Of a DNA stretch of 64,000 bases, positions 56,833 to 64,000 are shown one piece after another. Position numbers and translations under genes: made by a program. The DNA is from Antedon mediterranea (taxonomy: Eukaryota > Animalia > Echinodermata). The DNA lies in assembly GCF_964355755.1 (NCBI RefSeq), contig NC_092670.1:21810795-21874794 (forward strand), in the 5' to 3' direction. Within the stretch, counting starts at the first letter, position 1. Each line of letters starts with the position of its first letter. The notes under the pieces are model-generated. The model saw nothing but the letters and a program-made list of their open reading frames with translations, did not search any database and was not told the origin of the DNA.

Positions 56833-57863
56833 GATACAGATACAGATTCATTTATTGTCCAAAATAATAATGGAAATTACAGTGCTCATAAACCTTGGCT
56901 TGCCTAAAATAAATATAACGGGGACTATCTAACAAATGTTTTGTTATAATGCCTTATCCCAGCTGGGTAGTACTTGTAACGGTCCGTCTGCGCATTCACC
57001 GTCCTCATCCTACCACTTCTAACGATAACGGAGCCGATAATGTCCTTATGAAGAGGATGGTTGGTGTCTTCCAATATAGTATGGAACACATCGGCAAGAC
57101 GTCGCTGTAGAAAGAGTCGAGCGTTTGCACAGACGAACCAATTACTTTCCCCGCTCTACCCAGCACCTTTTCAATTCGGTCTTTATCCCCTTTACTGATA
57201 TTCCCAGCCCAGCCCAACATACAATAACCCCAAATAGATAACATCACTGCTGATGAGTAAAACATTTTACAAATATCCAGCTTTACTCCAAACGAACCGA
57301 GTTTCCTCAGGCAGTACAGCCTTGTATTTAACTTGGTCAACATGATCCCCCCATTTAAGCTTACAGTCAAATACTACTCCCAGGTACTTATAATTATTAA
57401 CAATCTCTATTTCCTTTCCTTTAATGTATACCGGGTCCATACTGTCAGACCTATTGTGTTTTCGAAAATCAATCCGCATTTCTTTCGTTTTATTTATGTT
57501 TAGTTCAAGAAAATTATTGCCACAGTAATCGGTGAATCGAATAACCTCAGTAGAAAGGTATAGAGAAGAATTGTTATTATTAATAAGTCCTACTATAGCC
57601 GAGTCGTCCGCAAATGTTATCATTGGACAACTCGGAGATACCGACCTAAAGTCTGAAGTGTACAGAGAAAATACCAATACGGTACCTTGTGGTGCCCCAG
57701 TACTAGTACGCACAGTATCGGAAAAAATATTATTCTGTAACTTAACAAACTGGCTACGTTCGACTAAAAAATTAAACACAAACGAAATTAAAACACTTGG
57801 AACATTCATATCAAATAATTTATGAACTAATATGTGTGGCTGAATTGTGTTAAATGCAGAACT
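56833..57863 (-). mobile_element. 5'-truncated, frameshifted LINE reverse transcriptase (CR1-group, Rex1/Babar-like) in septin intron 3
   Basis: SSAFNTIQPH, GAPQGTVL, FADDSAIVGLI, LELNINKTKEM.IDFRK, YKYLGV motifs; a frameshift separates ORFs 57267-57809 and 57005-57370; 3' end has AATAAA plus a (TCTGTA)n tail. Confidence 0.9.
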
Positions 57864-59183
57864 ATTGGCTACAATAATAGCTACTACAATAATGTATTGG
57901 TAACCAAATAGTCCTCAGATTTATTTATTACTTTTAAGAGAAATTTTTCTTGCTTAGGGACACCTAAATAGGTCTAATGTACAGATATTTCTATTTTAAA
58001 ATATATATATATATATAATTTATTCACAAAATAATAACTCAAAGATTTCAACTACAGTCAGAAATATAACACACAAATTCAAAGCTTTAGTAGGATATTA
58101 ATATGAAAGTTCATTAAAATAATTATGACTTCCCTGAGGTGGTAGGCATCTGTGGCTGCTAAAGGAAGCATGTAGTGGGCCTGACATACTGCCTCATGCC
58201 ACATCCTGCCTAGGATAACACCCTATTTCCTACTGGGTCAGCGTAATGGCTTTCATGCTAATGTTTAGCATATCAAACTATGAAATATAGTTGTACAGTA
58301 GTTTTCATATATTTATGAAGCTTGAAACTACAAAAAAATATTTGGTTTCAATCGGTTTTTTATGAGAATGAAAAAAATGAATAAATAAGACAATTTTCTG
58401 GTGATGAAACGTAACCATGAAAGTGTTAATTACCATTGATAAAAACAGTAATGATAATAATAATGATGTGAGGGAGAGATGATGTGGATGAAAACAAATG
58501 ACTACAAAACCTATTGACAAATTATCTACCGAAAAAACTATTTTAAATAAATTGTTAAAAAGTTTATTGAACTAGTATAAATCTCCAACATCAAGTGGAT
58601 TGTAGTAGAAGCTTCATATAGTCATCTTAAGTTACTTGTAGTAAGAGGGTCAGAAGGGTAAGCAATGCTCCTGGCATCCTCTGCCACTTGATACCAAGTG
58701 CTCACTTAACTCAGTACTTAAGTACTGTAGTTACCAGGTGTCAAAAATCTAGGCCTAGAAAATTATACATGGCTACATACATTGAACTAGAGTAAGTTAA
58801 CCCTTTCAAGCGGAAGAGATTAAACTAGGTATTTCAAATTAGCTAGGGAAATTAGGAAGTAAAACATGTGCTTATCTAGTGCTCTTATCTGTGCTAATCT
58901 TACTAGATTATAGACAAAGATAAATATACATGTATATAGATAAAGTGGGAGATTCATAAGAAAAGGCCTATTAATGAGATGGGCATTTTCGACTGGGTTC
59001 TTTTAAGCAGATATCAGCAGATGTAGCTCCTCAAAATCATAGCTGTTATGTGAGCACTGCAAGTAGATTACTGCAAAGTATTTGCGAGTGACCAGTCTAA
59101 TACGTCTATTGTTAACCCAAGTTACTCAAAAGATGTCTTAAACCCAGGGTGGGCTTAAAACTGCATGAGTATGTTATACTTAC

Positions 59184-59265
59184 CAGTTTTCATTATTAAT
59201 ATGATCACCAAATCCTGGGGTATCCGTGACTGTTAACTTCAACCTCACACCTTTCTCTTCAATTA
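59184..59265 (-). CDS. SEPT9: Septin exon 3 (G3 motif)
   Basis: [27 protein letters not shown]|gtaagt; phase 1-2. Confidence 0.93.
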
Positions 59266-59819
59266 CTATAAAAAAGATTAAAAGAAAAAAATATATACTT
59301 AAATAGTAGTATCAATAGTATATTGAAACCACAAGATTGATTAAAAAGACACTTTTAATACAAACATTACATTTCACTTTAGCTGTGCATAAATATGTAC
59401 CAACTTGTATGGATGAGTGTGCAATGAACAGAGGGTTTGTTATACTGTGTATTCTGACCAAGTGGTAACACATTTATTGTTATTTACCTATACATAGAAG
59501 AAATCTGCTTGCATATTTTTACCCATTACTAACAAAACCCCTGCTATGCCCTTGACTTAATGCTAAACAAAAGAAACCAAGTGAAAGACGACAGTAAATA
59601 TAATACAAGTTTTAAACCACTTCCTTTTGCTGTAACATTTACTTTTAACGAAATACAGGTGTTTTTTAATTCTTCTCCTAGATAAATATTCCCAGGTATA
59701 CTAATACAAGTACAACAGTGTTCTTACATCCTGCTACTGTAGATCACACCCTTTCCTTTTATTTTATTCATTTTTTGTTTTTTTCACTACCTTACATTAC
59801 AAACAGTACTTTTTCTTAC

Positions 59820-59954
59820 CATGACTTATAGCTTTAACCTCTACAGTTTTTGGAATGATAGGTTCTTTATTGGTTTCTGGTAAACATGAACGTCTAGCGA
59901 TTTTGGCTTTAAAAAGTGTGTTCACTAATGTAGATTTACCAAGACCACTGGCAC
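59820..59954 (-). CDS. SEPT9: Septin exon 2 (P-loop)
   Basis: GASGLGKSTLVNTLFK...IPKTVEVKAISH|gtaag; phase 1-1. Confidence 0.93.
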
Positions 59955-61062
59955 CTGCGAATAAAACAAAAACATTTTTAATTTGTAAGAGTTTCCTAAT
60001 AACCATTTTCAACAAGACCCAAATCCCAGTGCATCTTTTTTACTATGGTAGTCTCACCGCAATGTATGTATACCTACCAAAGCAGTTTGAACTGATTTTT
60101 TAGATAACCCGGTTTGAATCTATATCTAATCTTTCTTTTGTGAATTTTTTACCCAATTACTCATACTTTGATAACGTTTTTTTATATGAAACAACGCCAG
60201 AGGTCTGTGACCTGGAACAGTCAAACGTGAAGATCAGGGAAGCGTGCGTACAGTAATAAAACTACAGTTGTTATTGTATGAAAAAGAAGGTTAATAATAC
60301 ACCCTAAAATTAAATGTACAATATTCATAACCGAAAGAAAGTGCAATGGTTGGGAAACTTTTCATTGTATTTATAAACAGATAAATTGCTTGAAATACAA
60401 TCAAAATGATAGAAACTAATCTATTCAAAAGTTGTTGAGGTTCAATCGTGTTCAGGTTGTCAGGATTAGTTAATAGAAAATAAAAAAAGTCATGTCAGTA
60501 TTTGGGATGCAGTATTAGGACTTGCCGACGCCTACATTGTAATTGTTCTTACAATCTATTATTAGATTAGATAGAAGGAAAATCTTTGATTAATTAAAGT
60601 TGGTGAAACTTTAGGTTTCTTTAAGCTTCTATTGGCCACTAGGGTTTTACTGGAGCTTTTCTTGGAATAAGGCTGAATCAAACGAATTAATTCCATGAAA
60701 ATTTTAATTTAGTTGAATGATACAGCACATTTGGTAAATCTGATGTAGCCTTTGTGACCCAATTTGAGTATGACTCTGTGTCTAATATTGACTTCCAACC
60801 GTATAGTAGCACAACTACAACTAGCATGATGCTTGTAGCTTCTGATATCCTCAAGAACCAACAAATTGTCCCTTTAAGAGGGGTTGGATGTAGTGTTAAA
60901 ATACATCGTCATCTCACGGAAAGGTGTCCCCTTAATAGAGGCGTCTAAAAAGGGGCTCTCAGTAAATAGGTTTTAATTGGGTTTCAAGCGTTTGTTTAAC
61001 ACTGCAAATTAGGGTATAATAACCGTAACATCTTCAACATACTACAAACTATTATTACTTAC

Positions 61063-61204
61063 CAACCATCATAATATTAAACTCAAATCCTCGTTTCAGT
61101 GCCTTGCGTCTGATCTGTTCTTGAATTGTATCGATTCCTACGTAGCCAGTTACTTCTGTCTTGAGGGCGCCCCATTCTGTTGTCTGAGCCATCGTCTCTG
61201 ACAT
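61063..61204 (-). CDS. SEPT9: Septin (SEPT3/9/12 group), first visible coding exon
   Basis: MSETM...GYVGIDTIQEQIRRKALKRGFEFNIMMV G|gtaagt. An acceptor at 61237-61238 implies an upstream exon. Confidence 0.88.
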
Positions 61205-61495
61205 GATTGTTACAAAATCAACAAATTTCAAATCCCCTGCAAATATATAAATAATATCATAATTTATAATGGGCTGTACAGTAGGTACAGAAGGCAAGAA
61301 GATTGTGGTAAGGAAAAAGAGATGAAACCTCAACCACAGCATCTTGGGGCAAAGGGCAACACTTCAACACTTTATTCACGATTTCTGAAAGGTTTAATAG
61401 TGTACAGTTGCTTTAATAACAGGATACATATTAATGGTGCATCCATATTTACAGTAAAAAAATATTATGATTTAATATAAAAAAAAAATTATTAA

Positions 61496-61735
61496 AGATG
61501 TATTGTCTCCCAAAAACATGAAAAATGAAAATTAATAAAAAAAAAAAGTTGTTGGCCTAGGAGTAGGCCATTTTGAAGTTTTAATAAAAAGGTTATTATT
61601 TCTGTAGCAAAAAAGAAAAAGACCCTAAAATAGTTGAATTCAGTTTTTTCAGTAAAATAATTTTTTTCTTTGATCCCATATTTGGTCAAAGTGAATAACT
61701 ATTATAAAAATATTTTTTCAGGGGACAATATATCT
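61496..61735. mobile_element. MITE family B, second copy
   Basis: TTAA-AGATGTATTGTCTCC ... GGGGACAATATATCT-TTAA; shared internal TAGGCCATTTTG.AGTTTTAAT and GTGAATAACTATTAT. Confidence 0.82.
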
Positions 61736-62162
61736 TTAAAAAGGGAATGTTTTCATTTACCTTTACACAATAAATACAGTAGGGAATATTATTTATTATC
61801 TATACCTATGTTTCCTGTGACATAATATTTTTGTTTTTTTCAAGGCAAAATTTCAATTGGTGGAAATTTCAAAGGTACAAATGGAAATGGAAAGTCATTA
61901 TGGAAAGCAATACAGTGTCATGTGATAATATAAACTTTTGAGAACAATAGGAATACTTGGAAATGATGATGTTCAACAACGCATGAATTATACATATGGA
62001 CAAATATTTACAATTTGTAGGTCACTTCGATCCCACTTAGGCTTAAAAAGTGTAATGCTTTGTTTTAACATAGAGGAAATAAATCTATCTATAAACCTTA
62101 CCAGGACCAACATTAGTTGTTTTGCTCAGTAGGCAAAAGCTAAACAATATTTTTCAAGCTAA

Positions 62163-62314
62163 AGCTCTATCTACACTATCAAACTATGCGACAAAACACA
62201 TGTGATGTGCCCTATGCGACAGATGTCATATCACTACCAAATTTGGGTGCATTGCTACCATATTTGGGCACATCACACTTTTTGTGACATATACTTTAAT
62301 AGTGTAAATAAAGT
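62163..62314. mobile_element. MITE family A, copy 5 (degenerate)
   Basis: AGCTCTATCTACACTATCAAACT start and the same internal ATCACTACCA..TTTGGG repeats. Confidence 0.65.
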
Positions 62315-63134
62315 AATTTTGTGATATGATGAACATTGCTAAATGAAAGAAAGCTGCACTTAACAAAAAAACATTTTTCTGCACTTTAAACTCACCCGCC
62401 TTTAAAAATATTTTAAGGTTTAAAAAAATTTGAACACCACACAAAATGAAAGTATAATAAAGTTAGAATGTTTATGTTATGTGCCGAAAAAGGGGTGAAG
62501 TTACTCTTTGCTGAACTATTAACCCTAATATTGCCTTAAGTCACAATATACTCATCCCTGGATAACATGACTTGTAAGAACCTGTACTAATTATGTGAGA
62601 TTTAGCAGCAAATTCCATGTAACATAATATGCTAATCATAAAATGTGTTGCTAGCCGCTCATTGCCACAGGCAACTAGAAATTGAGAAATTCTACAAATT
62701 CATATTTGCAACTATGATGACCAGAAAATTAAAATACCATTAGAATTACCTATTGATCATTATAAAATGTAATCTTAAAAGCAAACTCTCCAGACTGGAC
62801 ATCAATGACCAGTCCAAGGGTGTCCAGTTTATAAAGTTCACTGTACTATGATCAAATGGCATTCTGTAATTTCATAATATTATTTTAGCATACAGGTGTT
62901 TGTAGAAAAATCCAAGTGTGGGTGGCAGTTTGAAAATACTGTAGAATTTGGATTTATGTATGGAGCGGCAAACATGACAAACTGTAATGTAACTTCTATT
63001 AGTAGGCATGTTAAGGAGCATATTTTAGGCAAATCCTTCAAATTGTGATAACATTTTGAAACTTTGCACAGTTATTCATTAGGGTGTCAAAAATATGAAA
63101 TGGAAGGGTTGCACAAAATTTGGTCAGGGGAAAG

Positions 63135-63712
63135 CCGCCATTTTGGATTTCAAAATGGCGCACCTCAAATTTTCACTTGTCAGGTATATCTCTGCTAAAG
63201 AGGCACCTTGAGTTCTGATTTTACCTGCAAAATATATGGTAGCGGGGTCACCAAACATATTGGTATAATTAACATTTGATTGCATGGCGGCCATGTTGGA
63301 TTTCAAAATGGCGGATTTCAAATTTTCACTTTTCAGGTATATCTCTGCTAAAAAGGCACCTAGAATTCTGATTTTAGGTGCAAATTATAATTATGGTAAT
63401 GGGGTCACCAAACATATTGGTATAACTAACATTTTGATTGCATGGCGGCCATGTTGGATTTTAAAATGGCGGACTCCAATAACTTTTCAGGTATATCTCT
63501 GCTAAAAAGGTACACAGTGCTCTGATTTTAGGTGCAAATTATGTGGTAATGGGTCACCAAATATATTGCTATTTAACTAACATTTTGATTGCATGGCCAA
63601 AATGTTTCAGTACGGTGCCTACAGTTATAATTTTAGGTACAAAGTATAATATGGTATTGAGGTCAACAAACATATTGGTATAACGTCTTTGATTGCATGG
63701 CGGCCATTTTGA
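63135..63712. repeat. ~155-bp tandem subterminal repeats (~4 copies)
   Basis: Unit GCCAT(T/G)TTGGATTTCAAAATGGCG...CAGGTATATCTCTGCTAAA...GGTCACCAAACATATTGG. Confidence 0.85.
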
Positions 63713-63724
63713 ATGTAGCTCAAA

Positions 63725-64000
63725 CCTGGTAACCACACAGCTCTGTACATCATAAATCACTCTTTCTGCATTTACAGCGTCCAAGATCACAGTCGGTGTG
63801 TCACAGCGATTTGTGACATCTGAAAGTTCCGGCAATAAACTCCAAACTGGACTAAATTTGTTGCCGTCCTTCCTTCATCCCCAGTTTGCTGGTTCCTGTT
63901 CAACCCTGAATGCATCTAGACAGTTGTACCACTTTCTGGCTTGTAGAAAAGACTGTTTCACATGTTCTCTTAATGCCGCAGATGTTGGGGGGATATTTTC
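63725..64000 (-). pseudogene. Decayed C-terminus of an Academ-like transposase (continues beyond the window)
   Basis: IPPTSAALREHVKQSFLQARKW...PANWG*...PVWSLLP, then after a frameshift CDLGRCKCRKSDL*CTELCG (Cys-rich finger); two stops and one frameshift. Confidence 0.65.

Overview
AT-rich animal (invertebrate-type) nuclear DNA with spliceosomal GT-AG introns; not prokaryotic. Three complete multi-exon genes can be assembled by hand with consistent intron phases: a diacylglycerol kinase epsilon (- strand, 8 coding exons, 19887-27528, ~587 aa), a head-to-head FOXK forkhead/FHA transcription factor (+ strand, 7 exons, 29109-38176, ~644 aa) and a SEPT3/9/12-group septin (- strand, 8 exons, 50740-61204, ~325 aa). 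Between FOXK and the septin, a 5'-truncated but cleanly spliced 3-exon ORF (43809-44923) is embedded in a palindrome-rich higher-order satellite, probably a foldback-like transposon derivative. The first ~19 kb has no supportable gene. The rest of the window holds non-autonomous DNA transposons with readable TIRs/TSDs, LINE and SINE fragments, a decayed Academ-like transposase end and several minisatellites. Two observations stand out. (1) A minisatellite has amplified the DGKE exon-3 splice acceptor into seven extra copies, each followed by an in-frame TGA. (2) Three 22-27 bp palindromes flanked by 7-bp target duplications look like P-element-type excision scars. No database searches were run; family names come from motif recognition.
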